Shown: piece after piece, positions 39,321-49,652 of the stretch
Layout: every line of letters begins with the position of its first letter
Position numbering within the stretch: the first letter of the stretch is position 1
Origin: an uncultured Gammaproteobacteria bacterium
GTDB taxonomy: Bacteria > Patescibacteriota > Microgenomatia > Levybacterales > UBA12049
Direction: 5' to 3'
Assembly (NCBI GenBank): GCA_964637955.1
Contig: CAZWXQ010000002.1
Location: forward strand, 135,782 to 199,781
Length of the DNA stretch: 64,000 bases
Notes under the pieces: model-generated
Databases searched by the model: none
Seen by the model: the letters and a program-made list of their open reading frames with translations, nothing else
What the model was told of the DNA's origin: nothing
Position numbers and translations under genes: made by a program

Positions 39321-40682
39321 ATGAAAGTAAACAAAACTCCTCCACATAATGAGGAAGCAGAGCAGAGCGTTCTGGGAGCCATACTTCTTAGTAAAGAAGC
39401 GATTAGCTTGGTATCGGATCAAATAAAACCAGCTGATTTTTATGATGATTCCCATGGAAAGATTTATGAGGCTATGCTTGAACTTTTTGAGCTAGGAAAA
39501 CCAATAGATATTTTAACTCTTTCAAAATCATTAAAGAAAATTAAGGCAAATATTGAACCTTCATATCTAACAGATTTATTAAATGTAGTTCCAACAGCAG
39601 CAAATATTGAGCATTACGCAGAAATCATTAAGGAAGAATCTACAAAAAGAAATTTAATAACTGTTGGGACTTCTATTGTAGAAATGGGCTTTATGGAAGA
39701 CAAAAATGCCGAAGAATTGCTTGATAAAACAGAACAGGCAGTTTTTGCTATGACTCAAGGTCAAACAATCAAAGGATTTTCACCAATTAAAGATAGTTTG
39801 GCGCAGAGTTTTGATCGTATTGATGAACTCCATAAATCAGGTGGAGGAGTGAGGGGAGTTAAAACTGGATTTACTGACGTAGATGCAATTTTGTCTGGAA
39901 TGCAGGCTGCAAATCTTCTAATTCTCGCAGCAAGACCAGGTCAAGGAAAAACGGCTATGCTTGTAAATATGGCTCAAAGTATCGCTGTTAAAGAAAAAAA
40001 AGCCGTTGGTATTTTTTCGCTTGAAATGAGTCAGGAGGAGTTGGTAGATCGTCTTTTGGTGGGGCAGGCTGATGTTGATGCATGGAGACTAAAGACTGGA
40101 AAATTAAATGAATCAGATTTTGCAAAGCTTTCTGAAGCAATGGGAGTTTTAGCTGATGCGCCAATTTACATAGATGACACTCCTGGAATTTCGATTTCTC
40201 AAATTAGAACTAAAGCAAGAAGGCTTCAACTTGAACACGATGTTTCTATTATTATTGTAGATTATCTTCAGCTTGTTGATCCAGGCAAGCACTATGATAA
40301 CAGAGTCCAAGAGGTTTCAATAGTTTCTCAGGCATTAAAAAATCTTGCTCGTGAGCTTAAGATTCCAGTACTCGCTGCTTCTCAGTTGTCACGCGCAGTT
40401 GAGCATAGAGGAGGAGATAAAAGGCCTCAGCTTGCAGATCTTCGTGAATCAGGCGCTATTGAGCAGGATGCTGATGTAGTTATGTTTATTTATAGGCCTG
40501 AGGCAGAAATTGCAAATATAATGAACGTAAAACTTTTGATTGCCAAGCATAGAAATGGTGCACAGGGAGAAATTGATTTACTTTTCCGGGGTGATCGAGT
40601 TAAATTTTATTCTGTTGATAGAAAACGAGAAGAGATAGCGCCTCCTCCTGATATGCCTCCAGAAACAGCACCTATAATATAA
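39321..40682 (+). CDS. dnaB: Replicative DNA helicase
   Basis: PPHNEEAEQSVLGAIL N-terminal, Walker A GARPGQGKT, RecA-like C-terminal domain. Confidence 0.9.
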   Translation: MKVNKTPPHNEEAEQSVLGAILLSKEAISLVSDQIKPADFYDDSHGKIYEAMLELFELGKPIDILTLSKSLKKIKANIEPSYLTDLLNVVPTAANIEHYAEIIKEESTKRNLITVGTSIVEMGFMEDKNAEELLDKTEQAVFAMTQGQTIKGFSPIKDSLAQSFDRIDELHKSGGGVRGVKTGFTDVDAILSGMQAANLLILAARPGQGKTAMLVNMAQSIAVKEKKAVGIFSLEMSQEELVDRLLVGQADVDAWRLKTGKLNESDFAKLSEAMGVLADAPIYIDDTPGISISQIRTKARRLQLEHDVSIIIVDYLQLVDPGKHYDNRVQEVSIVSQALKNLARELKIPVLAASQLSRAVEHRGGDKRPQLADLRESGAIEQDADVVMFIYRPEAEIANIMNVKLLIAKHRNGAQGEIDLLFRGDRVKFYSVDRKREEIAPPPDMPPETAPII

Positions 40683-40826
40683 GTTTGATCCTGCGCCTTT
40701 AGAATTAGAATAAAGTAGTTTGCCTTATGCTATTCTTCTATTTTGAAGAAAAGGTGCTGGATTTGATATCTTTACATATCCTATTTAGACTTAGTATGAT
40801 AATTTAATTGAGAGGGGGTGAATTGA

Positions 40827-41174
40827 ATGGACAATACAAATAACGGTACCAATCCAGCACCAGCTGATCCAGCAGGAGCACCAGCTCCAGTAGCTGATCC
40901 ATCAGCAGGTGGTTCATTAGGTTGGACTCCGCCGACACCAGAACCAGCAGCGCCTATCGCAGAACCAGCTGCACCAGTAGCAGATCCAGCAGGAGCACCA
41001 GCAGGTGGAGTACCAGCACCAGAGCCAACAAATAGTTGGACACCTGAGCCATCAACACCACCACAGCCAGCTGATCCAGTTGCACCTGCAGCTGACCCAG
41101 CAGTGGGAGGAGAAGCTCCTGCGCCAGCAGCGCCTGTTGATAGTGGAACTGGAACAGGTCAACCTGCAGCTTAA
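40827..41174 (+). CDS. Pro/Ala-rich low-complexity (disordered) protein with repeated (A)DPAGAPA and WTP(E)P motifs
   Basis: GAGGGGGTGA SD. Codon third positions are A/T-rich (native usage) despite the high local GC. Confidence 0.5.
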   Translation: MDNTNNGTNPAPADPAGAPAPVADPSAGGSLGWTPPTPEPAAPIAEPAAPVADPAGAPAGGVPAPEPTNSWTPEPSTPPQPADPVAPAADPAVGGEAPAPAAPVDSGTGTGQPAA

Positions 41175-41187
41175 GCTTTAGGAAGAT

Positions 41188-41245
41188 CTTTTGTTTCGAA
41201 ACAAAAAATAGACTAACCCATTTGGAATTAGTCTATTTTTTATTT
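41188..41245 (+). terminator. Tandem hairpins (TTTTGTTTC/GAAACAAAA, then AATAGACTAA/TTAGTCTATT followed by a T-run): rho-independent terminator
   Basis: Perfect stems plus a TTTTTATTT tract. Confidence 0.7.
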
Positions 41246-41278
41246 GTAAATTCAAAAATATAAATATATATTTTTATT

Positions 41279-42331
41279 ATGGGAGAAATTAATGAAGTTG
41301 TAATTGATACTGATTCTGAACCTATAGATCAATCGAGGTCTATAATACAGTCTGTTCATCCAAATATTCAAGAAGATTATGGCACAGATATAAAATTAAC
41401 CTCAGATAAAAAATATGATGACCCACTTTTACAGGAAAAACACGATGTTAGAGTTTTTACAAAATCAACTGAAAAAGGTAGATTGGAAAGACAAAAACTT
41501 GCTCATGAAAGCTGGAGTAGTAGAAGAATTTTGTCAATTAAAGAAAGAATTAAAGATTTTTATAAAACAAAATCCCAAGAGGATATAGATTTAAAAAAGC
41601 GTAATGATTTTGAGTATTATATTGATGAAAATGGAACAATTAATGAATTGGCATTTACCCAGAAATCATATGTTCTTCATAGTATTGCTTTTAGTCTTGG
41701 AGGACAAAGAAATAGAGTCTTAAATCCACAAGCGACTTGGATGCAGAAATTAGCAAATGTAGTTGTAAATAAACCAATTATTTCTGCTTCAAAGGTTTCT
41801 TGGGAAGATAAAAGATCATTTTATACTTGGTTTCCGTTTGGTGTAGTTCTAAATAAAGGTAGAATTGAATCTACACATTTAGGTGATCAAGGAACAACAG
41901 CACTGTCTATCTCTAAAAGATCTAGTAATTTTCTTTATCATGATGATGTTGATAGTTATAAGAGTGCTTTTACTGCAGTTAAAAAAAGTGATGGATATAA
42001 TGAATTAACAATATCACATTCTTCATATGATATAGCAGGTTTATATATAAATTTAGACGATCTTTTTAAATTTCATGAAACAGATTATGTAGAATCGCAT
42101 GGTCATGCTGGAAAAGTAAATTTTAAAGAAATTTATTCCACAGCAGCTAAATATGGAATGAAAGTATTTGCTTTTAAAAATGGAGTTGCACACGAAACTG
42201 AATTAGATGAAAATGGAAAAATTATTTTAGGTAAAACAGTTACACCTGAAGAAATGTTAAATGAGAGGATTAAAATTCCTGAAGAAAATTTAGATGAAAT
42301 TCAGGAAGAAGCGAAGAAGGCAATATCGTGA
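41279..42331 (+). CDS. Hypothetical protein (350 aa)
   Basis: ORF only. Confidence 0.5.
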   Translation: MGEINEVVIDTDSEPIDQSRSIIQSVHPNIQEDYGTDIKLTSDKKYDDPLLQEKHDVRVFTKSTEKGRLERQKLAHESWSSRRILSIKERIKDFYKTKSQEDIDLKKRNDFEYYIDENGTINELAFTQKSYVLHSIAFSLGGQRNRVLNPQATWMQKLANVVVNKPIISASKVSWEDKRSFYTWFPFGVVLNKGRIESTHLGDQGTTALSISKRSSNFLYHDDVDSYKSAFTAVKKSDGYNELTISHSSYDIAGLYINLDDLFKFHETDYVESHGHAGKVNFKEIYSTAAKYGMKVFAFKNGVAHETELDENGKIILGKTVTPEEMLNERIKIPEENLDEIQEEAKKAIS

Positions 42332-42335
42332 AATT

Positions 42336-42713
42336 ATGAAAAGAGTAGGTGCGGTTTGTTTTATTATTGATGACGAAAAAATTCTTTTAGCTTTAATTGA
42401 ATATTCCACTGAAGATAGGAAATGGAATGGAATTGGAGGGTTTGTAGAAGAAGGGGAGGCTCCTGAAGATGCAGTGGTGCGAGAAATTGGGGAAGAAACA
42501 TTTATAAAAGTTGATAAAAAAGACTTGATAAAAGTAAAAGAATTATATTTAGATATTCACTTAATAGTTTACAGAACTAATAAGTGGAGTGGAGAGTTAA
42601 GAATTAAAGATAATTCACTAAAGGAGCTTAAGTGGTTCTTTAGAAACGAAATTCCAATTCATCAAATGCATGATGGGAATGAAGAATGGATATTGGAATT
42701 ATTTAAGAGTTGA
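42336..42713 (+). CDS. NUDIX hydrolase
   Basis: Nudix box GGFVEEGEAPEDAVVREIGEETF. The internal ATG at 42336 is preferred. Confidence 0.7.
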   Translation: MKRVGAVCFIIDDEKILLALIEYSTEDRKWNGIGGFVEEGEAPEDAVVREIGEETFIKVDKKDLIKVKELYLDIHLIVYRTNKWSGELRIKDNSLKELKWFFRNEIPIHQMHDGNEEWILELFKS

Positions 42714-42718
42714 TATTG

Positions 42719-42801
42719 TACCGAGGGAGAGATTCGAACTCTCAAGACCTTGCGGCCAGCAGTTTTTGAGACTGCCGCGTATACCGTTCCGCCACCCCGG
42801 C
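42719..42801 (-). tRNA. tRNA-Leu (anticodon CAA), class II with long variable arm
   Basis: Reverse complement reads GCCGGGGTGGCGGAACGGTATACGCG-GCAGT-CUCAAAA-ACTGC-(long arm)-GAGAGTTCGAATCTCTC-CCTCGGT-A. It has GTTCGAATC T-loop, U33 and A37. The acceptor has two G-U wobbles. No CCA is encoded. Confidence 0.75.
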
Positions 42802-42862
42802 TAATGCCTCCAGAGCTTTTTGAGCTTTGATTTTGAGGCTGTAATATTATATACTTTCCTTT

Positions 42863-43825
42863 ATGACACTTCAAGAAATCTACGACTTGGCGATTCAAAT
42901 GGGAATGGATGCAGATCCACGAGGAAGAAAAAGAGTAGACGAGATTTTAAAGAGAAGAAAAAAAGAACACGCTGATTTGCCTTCAAAAAAGAAGCAATAT
43001 TTCGACGAAGAAACCCTCACTAATCCATATTCCGATACTAGGATATTATTCGGAGACAGAAAAACCCCAATTAAAAAAATCTTGGTAGGAATTGATGCAG
43101 ATGCCACAGAGGTTTTAGTGGCTGATAGATTGAATCAAAAAGGTGAAAAAATTGATGCAGTGGTAGGACATCATCCAATAGGCGTTTCTCTCGCAGCGCT
43201 TCATGATGTAATGGATATTCAAGTTGATAGCTACGCAAAGGTAGGAGTTCCAGTAAACGTAATGGATGCTCTTATGCGCGAGCGAATGGATGATATAAAA
43301 AGAAGGATTCATCCGAATAACCATAATCAAATCACAGATACCGCCAGACTTCTTCAAATGCCTTTAGTTAGTTTGCATACAGTTTGGGATAACATTGGCG
43401 ATCATTTTATGGAAGATTATCTTTCAAAAAAAGAATTTGAAACAGTGGATGAAATTATTGACTATCTGATGGAGCTTCCAGAATATCAAGAAGCAACCAA
43501 AGGAAAAAATGCACCTGAAATTGTTTCAGGAGGTCCAAAGAGTAGAGTAGGAAAATTAGCAATTTTCTTTACGGGAGGAACAAATCCTTCAAAAGAAGCA
43601 TATGCAGAGCTTGCTCGTGCAGGAGTTGGCACAATAGTAGATATGCATATTCCAGAGGATGGTCTTAAGGAAGCTAAAAAAATGCACATGAATGTAATTA
43701 ATGCTGGACATATGGCATCAGATTCAATTGGGGCAAATATTTTCTTAGATGAACTTGAAAAGAGGGGAGTAGAAATCATTGCGGGATCAGGACTTATCCG
43801 CATTAGTAAAAATAAAAAGAAATGA
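42863..43825 (+). CDS. NIF3-family dinuclear metal centre protein (YqfO/DUF34-like)
   Basis: KILVGIDADATEV...DAVVGHHPIG signature. Confidence 0.6.
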   Translation: MTLQEIYDLAIQMGMDADPRGRKRVDEILKRRKKEHADLPSKKKQYFDEETLTNPYSDTRILFGDRKTPIKKILVGIDADATEVLVADRLNQKGEKIDAVVGHHPIGVSLAALHDVMDIQVDSYAKVGVPVNVMDALMRERMDDIKRRIHPNNHNQITDTARLLQMPLVSLHTVWDNIGDHFMEDYLSKKEFETVDEIIDYLMELPEYQEATKGKNAPEIVSGGPKSRVGKLAIFFTGGTNPSKEAYAELARAGVGTIVDMHIPEDGLKEAKKMHMNVINAGHMASDSIGANIFLDELEKRGVEIIAGSGLIRISKNKKK

Positions 43826-44385
43826 TTGGTGTACAAGAGCTTCGAGCTGGCACAGTATTTGAAGAGGCAGGCAATTTATATATTGTAATTTCTTATGAGC
43901 ACATCAAAATGGGTAGAGGAAGTGCAAATATTAAAGTTAAAGTTAGAAATATAAGACAAGGTTCTACTACTGAAAAAGGCTACACGAATAATGCGAAAGT
44001 TAATAATGTTCAGGTATTTAAAAGAGATGTTCAATACTTGTATAAGGACTCGGATTTAGCTTTTTTCATGGATCCAAAATCATTTGAGCAGATTGAAGTT
44101 CCACTAGCGCTTATTGGAGAAACTGATTCTGCTTATTTAAGAGAAGGGGAAAGTTATAATGTATCTTTCCTAGATAAGGAAGCGCTAGCCTTAAATCTTC
44201 CTCCTAAAATGGATTTTACTGTTGCTGAAGCAGACCCAGGCGTAAAGGGAAACACAGCTAGCAATATTTATAAAGATGCAGTTCTAGACAATGGAATGAA
44301 AGCTAGAGTTCCATTATTTATCAAGGCAGGGGATAAGGTCCGGATTGATACTAGGACCGGTGAGTATAGTCAAAAAGTAAATTAG
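43822..44385 (+). CDS. efp: Elongation factor P
   Basis: ELRAGTVFEEAGNLYIV...HIKMGRGSANIKVKVRN and three-domain length. Confidence 0.85.
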   Translation: MIGVQELRAGTVFEEAGNLYIVISYEHIKMGRGSANIKVKVRNIRQGSTTEKGYTNNAKVNNVQVFKRDVQYLYKDSDLAFFMDPKSFEQIEVPLALIGETDSAYLREGESYNVSFLDKEALALNLPPKMDFTVAEADPGVKGNTASNIYKDAVLDNGMKARVPLFIKAGDKVRIDTRTGEYSQKVN

Positions 44386-44390
44386 TTTTT

Positions 44391-45599
44391 ATGCAAAATC
44401 CCTTGATTACGGTCTTAAGGATCCCTTCCTTTTTTTCTCTCGTAATTTCTGAATTCTTCTCGCAGTTTGCGATGAATCTTCTTAACTTTATACTCCTCAT
44501 CGTAGTGTTTCAGATTTCAAGTTCAAATTTGGCAGTTGCTGGAGTAGTTTTGTCTTTCACCTTGCCTTCAATATTTTTTGGAATAATTGCCGGAGTTTAT
44601 GTAGACAAGTGGAATAAAAAAAATGTTTTGATATATACAAATTCTTTAAGAGCACTTGTCGCGTTTCCATTAATTTTTATTTCGCATGAATTATTTTTAG
44701 TTTATTTACTCAGCTTTTTGATTTCTTTAATAACTCAGTTTTTTGTGCCTGCAGAGACTCCAATCATCCCGCATTTAGTTCCGAAAAAATTGCTTCTTCC
44801 TGCAAATGCGCTATTTAGCATGGGAATATTTGGTTCAATTATCGTTGCTTATGCATTGTCAGGGCCGTTGCTTTTGCTCCTTGGAAAAACCAATGTGTTT
44901 ATTCTAATCACAATTTTATTTGCTATATCAGCATTTTTTGCCTATTTAATCAGGCTTAATCATACAAAGGCTCATAAAGGAAAACAAAAAATAAATGTTG
45001 CTTTAGAGATTAAAGAAGCATTTCGCGTAATGAAAGGAAATAAGAAAATCTATCATTCTTTGTTTTTATTAACTTTACTTCAAACTTTAGTTTTAATAAT
45101 TGCAGTTGTTGGACCTGGATATGCCGAAAACGTTTTGCATATTCAGGTGGAAAAATTCCCAGTTCTGTTTGTTACGCCTGCTGTGATAGGAATGAGTATT
45201 GGTGCAGTAATTATAGGTAATTTTCTTCAAAATAAATCAAAACAAAACTTAGCAAAAATTGGACTTTTGGTTATAGGAATTGCCATGATTTTATTTCCAA
45301 ATCTCAATAGATTTATTAGCTTTAATTCACTCCATATGATGTTTGTTTTAGCAATGATAATAGGATTTGCTTTTGCTCTTGTTTTTGTTCCGTCAAATAC
45401 ACTTATTCAGGAGGAAACTACGGATGAGCAGAGAGGAAAAGTTTATGGATCTTTAAATACGCTAACGGGAGTTGTTTCTTTGATTCCAGTTCTTGGTGTA
45501 GGAATTCTTGCAGATGCTATTGGAGTAGTGACAGTTATTACCATGATTGGAATTGGAGTGTGTGTTATTGCTATAATCAGGTTTCTAAAATTTAATTAA
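44391..45599 (+). CDS. MFS-family transporter (12 TM)
   Basis: Hydropathy and GxxxDKWNKK loop 2-3 motif. Confidence 0.6.
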   Translation: MQNPLITVLRIPSFFSLVISEFFSQFAMNLLNFILLIVVFQISSSNLAVAGVVLSFTLPSIFFGIIAGVYVDKWNKKNVLIYTNSLRALVAFPLIFISHELFLVYLLSFLISLITQFFVPAETPIIPHLVPKKLLLPANALFSMGIFGSIIVAYALSGPLLLLLGKTNVFILITILFAISAFFAYLIRLNHTKAHKGKQKINVALEIKEAFRVMKGNKKIYHSLFLLTLLQTLVLIIAVVGPGYAENVLHIQVEKFPVLFVTPAVIGMSIGAVIIGNFLQNKSKQNLAKIGLLVIGIAMILFPNLNRFISFNSLHMMFVLAMIIGFAFALVFVPSNTLIQEETTDEQRGKVYGSLNTLTGVVSLIPVLGVGILADAIGVVTVITMIGIGVCVIAIIRFLKFN

Positions 45600-46297
45600 T
45601 GTCATTCTTTTTTATAATTTTAATAATTTGTCTAATTTTATTTCTTTTTAGGCTATATCATGTAGCATATGATGATTATATTCTTGTTAAAAAGAATATA
45701 AGTCTTGAAGAAATATTTAACTGTGCGTTTTTCTATGCTCTAATTTCACTTCTGTTCGCAAGAATTTTTTATGTAATATTTAACCCAAGTCCAGTTCTTC
45801 TAAGTCCACTTGGCTTTTTAGTATTTCCATATTATCCTGGACTTTCTCTAATTGGAGGATTCATAGGAGGAACAATTGCTCTTTTAATTTATGGGCGATG
45901 GAAGAAGTTTCCCATGGGAAGAGTATTCGATTTTTTTACTGTTTCATTTACATTTATTCTCCCATTTGGCTTGATTGGTTATCTGTTGTTGTCGCAGGAT
46001 TTTAGCATTGGATCTTTAGTAAAGTTAATTATTTTTACGATTATTGCTCTTGCTGCTAATTTATATCTTTATCCCAAAGCTAGTAGTTTAGAGATTAAAG
46101 ACGGAAGCATAAGTTCACTTTTTTTAATTTTCTTTTCATTAACAATGCTTTTGACTTATGCAATCGACAATTCTGGTCTTTCTAATTTCATAAGTCACAG
46201 AGAGAACTTTATATATTTATTATTACTTTTAACGGGTATAATTTCGTTATTAAAGTTAGAAATAGGAAAAAAGGGGAAGAGCAAAAATGGAAAATAA
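45599..46297 (+). CDS. Hypothetical polytopic membrane protein (possibly Lgt-like; weak)
   Basis: Multiple TM; no clear Lgt signature. Confidence 0.4.
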   Translation: MSFFFIILIICLILFLFRLYHVAYDDYILVKKNISLEEIFNCAFFYALISLLFARIFYVIFNPSPVLLSPLGFLVFPYYPGLSLIGGFIGGTIALLIYGRWKKFPMGRVFDFFTVSFTFILPFGLIGYLLLSQDFSIGSLVKLIIFTIIALAANLYLYPKASSLEIKDGSISSLFLIFFSLTMLLTYAIDNSGLSNFISHRENFIYLLLLLTGIISLLKLEIGKKGKSKNGK

Positions 46298-47018
46298 TTT
46301 CCCAGAAATCTTATTTGAAAATGATGATTTGCTTGTATTAAATAAGCCAAGCGGAATTACTGTTAATAGATCTGAGACCACAAATGGGAATACTCTCCAA
46401 GATCTTGTTGAAAAAATGAGACCAATCTCTACAGACGAAGAGCCAGAATTTATTGATAGAAGCGGAATAGTTCATAGGCTCGATAAGGAAACTTCAGGAT
46501 GCATCATTGTTGCTAAAAATTCATCAAGTTTTAGAAATCTTCAGGCTCAATTTAAGGAAAGAAGGATAGAGAAAGAATATGTTGCGCTTTCTCATGGGGA
46601 AATTAAACCAATTGAGGGCGAAATTGATGTGCCAGTAGGTAGGCTTCCTTGGAACAGGAAAAGATTTGGGGTTCTTTCAGGGGGAAGGGAAGCAGTGACT
46701 GGGTATAAAGTAGAAAAGTATTATAAATTGGATGGGGAAGTGCTCACTTATGTAAGACTGTTTCCAAAGACAGGAAGAACCCATCAGATCCGAGTTCATT
46801 TAAAATACATAAATCATCCCATTTTTGGAGATGAGCTTTATAGCGGGCGAAAAACTTCAAGAAATGATAGAAGAAAATTGATACGAGTATTTTTACATGC
46901 TGAAAAAATTAACTTTTTTGATCCTAAAACTGAAGAGCAAATTGAATGTACTGCATCGCTTCCAAAGGAATTAACAAGCTTACTTGAAAATCTTAGTGAG
47001 TTTCCTATAATTAAGTAG
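46287..47018 (+). CDS. RluA-family pseudouridine synthase
   Basis: HRLDKETSGCIIVAKN catalytic Asp motif. Confidence 0.8.
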   Translation: MENNFPEILFENDDLLVLNKPSGITVNRSETTNGNTLQDLVEKMRPISTDEEPEFIDRSGIVHRLDKETSGCIIVAKNSSSFRNLQAQFKERRIEKEYVALSHGEIKPIEGEIDVPVGRLPWNRKRFGVLSGGREAVTGYKVEKYYKLDGEVLTYVRLFPKTGRTHQIRVHLKYINHPIFGDELYSGRKTSRNDRRKLIRVFLHAEKINFFDPKTEEQIECTASLPKELTSLLENLSEFPIIK

Positions 47019-47032
47019 GAGGTGATTTTTTA

Positions 47033-47161
47033 TGGGTGGATTTGGATCGTTTTATAAGGGAGAAAAGAAAAAGGCAAAAAAAGGTAAAGATAATAAGCCT
47101 GTTTATTCTAATGCTCCAACTTATGTCATGCCTGAATTAATTTCTAAGAAAAAACCTGCTT
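47033..47161 (+). CDS. Small Lys-rich ORF (42 aa, MGGFGSFYKGEKKKAKKGKDNKPVYSNAPTYVMPELISKKKPA)
   Basis: Perfect SD AGGAGGTGA 7 nt upstream. Below the ORF-track size cut-off. Confidence 0.35.
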
Positions 47162-47222
47162 AATTAATGTGATTCTTAAATGAATTAAATCTAATTTATA
47201 GTAGTGTAAAAATTTTCTGCTC

Positions 47223-48008
47223 ATGAAAAAAACACAAAAAAAAGAGGGAAGCAAAAACCTTCATTTAGGATTTTATTTTGGTTTAGTCGTATTCTTTATT
47301 GTTTTTATTTCTGTTATTTTTAAAATCTTTGATACCGTAAAGCGTAGTGAATTTGATGGAGATAATCTTTTTACTGTTGCAGTAGTTTCGGGTAAAGACA
47401 CAAACATAATTTTGGCCTCTCCTAAAGAAGGGACTCTTAAAAAACTAACAATAATAGGCTTAAATTCATCAAAAGGATTAAATTCAGCTGGAATTCCGTA
47501 TGATAGCCTTGCTCAAGCGAATGAAAATTTAACTGTATCTCCGAAATCATATTTCACGAAAATTATTTTTCATAAAGATGGATTTAAAAGTAATCTTACT
47601 ATTATCGATTTGCTACGATTATCATTGTTTTCCCAAAAAACCGATGGATCAAAAGTTAATGAAGCAGAAGTTCAATCTAGTGATCAAGCAGAAGTGAATA
47701 GTTTAGTGTCAAAATGGTTTCAAGACCCACAGATTTTAGAGGATGATTTAAATATAGAGATTACAAATTCTACACAGGTGTCAGGTCTTGGTAACAGGAT
47801 GGCAAATTCAATTACAAATATGGGGGGAAATGTTGTTTTGGTAAATTCATCAACAACTCCTGCAACAAAATCGAAGATATATTATAAAAAAGATTCATAT
47901 ACCGTTAATAAGCTTTCAAGAATTCTTGATATGCCGACAGAGAAAAAAGAAACTAATGCGCTTTCCGACATCATAATTGAAATAGGAGAGGATAAGGAGA
48001 ATTATTAA
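47223..48008 (+). CDS. Membrane-anchored LytR_C (LytR/CpsA/Psr C-terminal)-domain protein
   Basis: N-terminal TM. C-terminal ...NIEITNSTQVSGLGNRMANSITNMGGNVV pattern. Confidence 0.45.
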   Translation: MKKTQKKEGSKNLHLGFYFGLVVFFIVFISVIFKIFDTVKRSEFDGDNLFTVAVVSGKDTNIILASPKEGTLKKLTIIGLNSSKGLNSAGIPYDSLAQANENLTVSPKSYFTKIIFHKDGFKSNLTIIDLLRLSLFSQKTDGSKVNEAEVQSSDQAEVNSLVSKWFQDPQILEDDLNIEITNSTQVSGLGNRMANSITNMGGNVVLVNSSTTPATKSKIYYKKDSYTVNKLSRILDMPTEKKETNALSDIIIEIGEDKENY

Positions 48009-48141
48009 TGCTTTTTATATTCTGTTTAATTATTATTGCAATCGTTTCGATAATTTGGGCTTATTATTCGATTGTAAAAGAAAGGCAAAGGCATGAAATT
48101 GAAAAGGCAAAAGAAGAAATTACTACGGGAAGAGTAATCTT

Positions 48142-48825
48142 TCATTCCTCTTCTGTATCTGACTCAGATTCCTCTTTATGACTTTTTGATTTGTCACTTT
48201 TAATGTGAAGCTTCTTCTCAATAACATGTACAAAAGAGGGTTGATCTTTAAACTTTGAAGATTTCTTTAGCTCTCTTATAAAGATGCTTACATTTTGGTG
48301 ATTTGCCGATTTTACAAAAGCTTCATACTTATTTCCTCCGTTTATAAATTTAATTAGTCTGTTGCCTATATCATCAGGAAGTACACCGATATATTTTTTT
48401 CCTTGTAGAACAAAAATTTTTAGTCTTTTGATTGACATATCCACAGATTGTCCTGTTTGGAGTCCGTGTAGGATTTCAGCTTGAGCAAGGTTAATGAGAT
48501 CAACAACCTTTGTTTTCCCAGTCTCTTCAATAAAAATATTATTTACCTGAATAAACATAGGGGAATCATCATTTTTTGGCAAATCACTTTTAAGTCTTTT
48601 AATATTTTTGAGTGCAATTGAGTTTAGGGGATCGATTTCAAGGACTTTTTCAAAACTTGTTTTTGCATCTTTTGAATTTCCCAGGACGCTGTATGCAAGG
48701 CCCATTCTATTAAGCGCTGAAACATCATTGGGGTTTTCTTCGAGAAGTGATTTGTTTAATTTAATGGCGTTATTCCAGTCTCCCGCAAGGGTAGCTGCAA
48801 TCGCTTGATCAGAAGTTATTTTCAT
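48142..48825 (-). CDS. TPR-repeat protein
   Basis: ALNRMGLAYSVLGNSKDAKTSFEKVLEIDP tetratricopeptide motifs. Confidence 0.6.
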   Translation of the reverse strand: MKITSDQAIAATLAGDWNNAIKLNKSLLEENPNDVSALNRMGLAYSVLGNSKDAKTSFEKVLEIDPLNSIALKNIKRLKSDLPKNDDSPMFIQVNNIFIEETGKTKVVDLINLAQAEILHGLQTGQSVDMSIKRLKIFVLQGKKYIGVLPDDIGNRLIKFINGGNKYEAFVKSANHQNVSIFIRELKKSSKFKDQPSFVHVIEKKLHIKSDKSKSHKEESESDTEEE

Positions 48826-48893
48826 GAGGATTTAATTGAAAAATTTTACTAGTTCGAATTGCAAAAGTCAATACGTGAATGGTAAAATAGAGT

Positions 48894-49652
48894 TTGACTG
48901 CTGCAAAAAAGCAGTTTATTTTTATTATGAGTGGACATTCTAAGTGGTCAACAATTAAAAGACAAAAGGGAGTAGCAGATGCAAAGCGCGGTGCAACCTT
49001 CACTAAAATTTCTAATGCTATAACTATTGCTGTAAAACAAGGAGCTGGTGTTAGTGATCCTGATCAGAATCCAAGACTCAGGCTTGCTATTGAACTTGCA
49101 CGCACAAATAATATGCCAAAAGAAAATATAGAGCGTGCAATTGCAAAAGCTAGCGCAAAAGGAGCAGGGGAGTTAACTGAAGTAACTTATGAAGGATTTG
49201 CTCCTGGTGGTGTTTCAGTAATGGTTGAGGCAGTAACTGATAATACGAATAGAACGACCCCGCTAGTTAAAAGCTTATTTAATAAATATGGAGCAAGTTT
49301 TGGAGGACAGGGGTCAGTAGCATATCAATTTGAGCAAACCGGCGAAATCACGGTAAATAAAAACGGTAAATCAATTGATGATATTTTTTTGAGCGCAGCA
49401 GAGCTTGGAGCAAATGATGTTGAAGATGGGGAAGAAGAGGCCATTGTTTATACAAGTGTTGCAGATCTGAATATGGTAAAAGAAGGGCTAAAATCTGGCG
49501 GGTTTGAAGTAGCTGAAGCACAGATTTCTAGGAAGCCAACAAATACTGTAAATGTTGACGGGGAAATGAAAGAGAAAATTTTAGGTTTTCTATCAACGCT
49601 TGAGGATATGGATGATGTCCAAAAGGTTTATTCGAATATCTCATTAAGCTAA
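48894..49652 (+). CDS. yebC: YebC/PmpR-family transcriptional regulator
   Basis: MSGHSKWSTIKRQKGVADAKRG N-terminus. Confidence 0.85.
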   Translation: MTAAKKQFIFIMSGHSKWSTIKRQKGVADAKRGATFTKISNAITIAVKQGAGVSDPDQNPRLRLAIELARTNNMPKENIERAIAKASAKGAGELTEVTYEGFAPGGVSVMVEAVTDNTNRTTPLVKSLFNKYGASFGGQGSVAYQFEQTGEITVNKNGKSIDDIFLSAAELGANDVEDGEEEAIVYTSVADLNMVKEGLKSGGFEVAEAQISRKPTNTVNVDGEMKEKILGFLSTLEDMDDVQKVYSNISLS

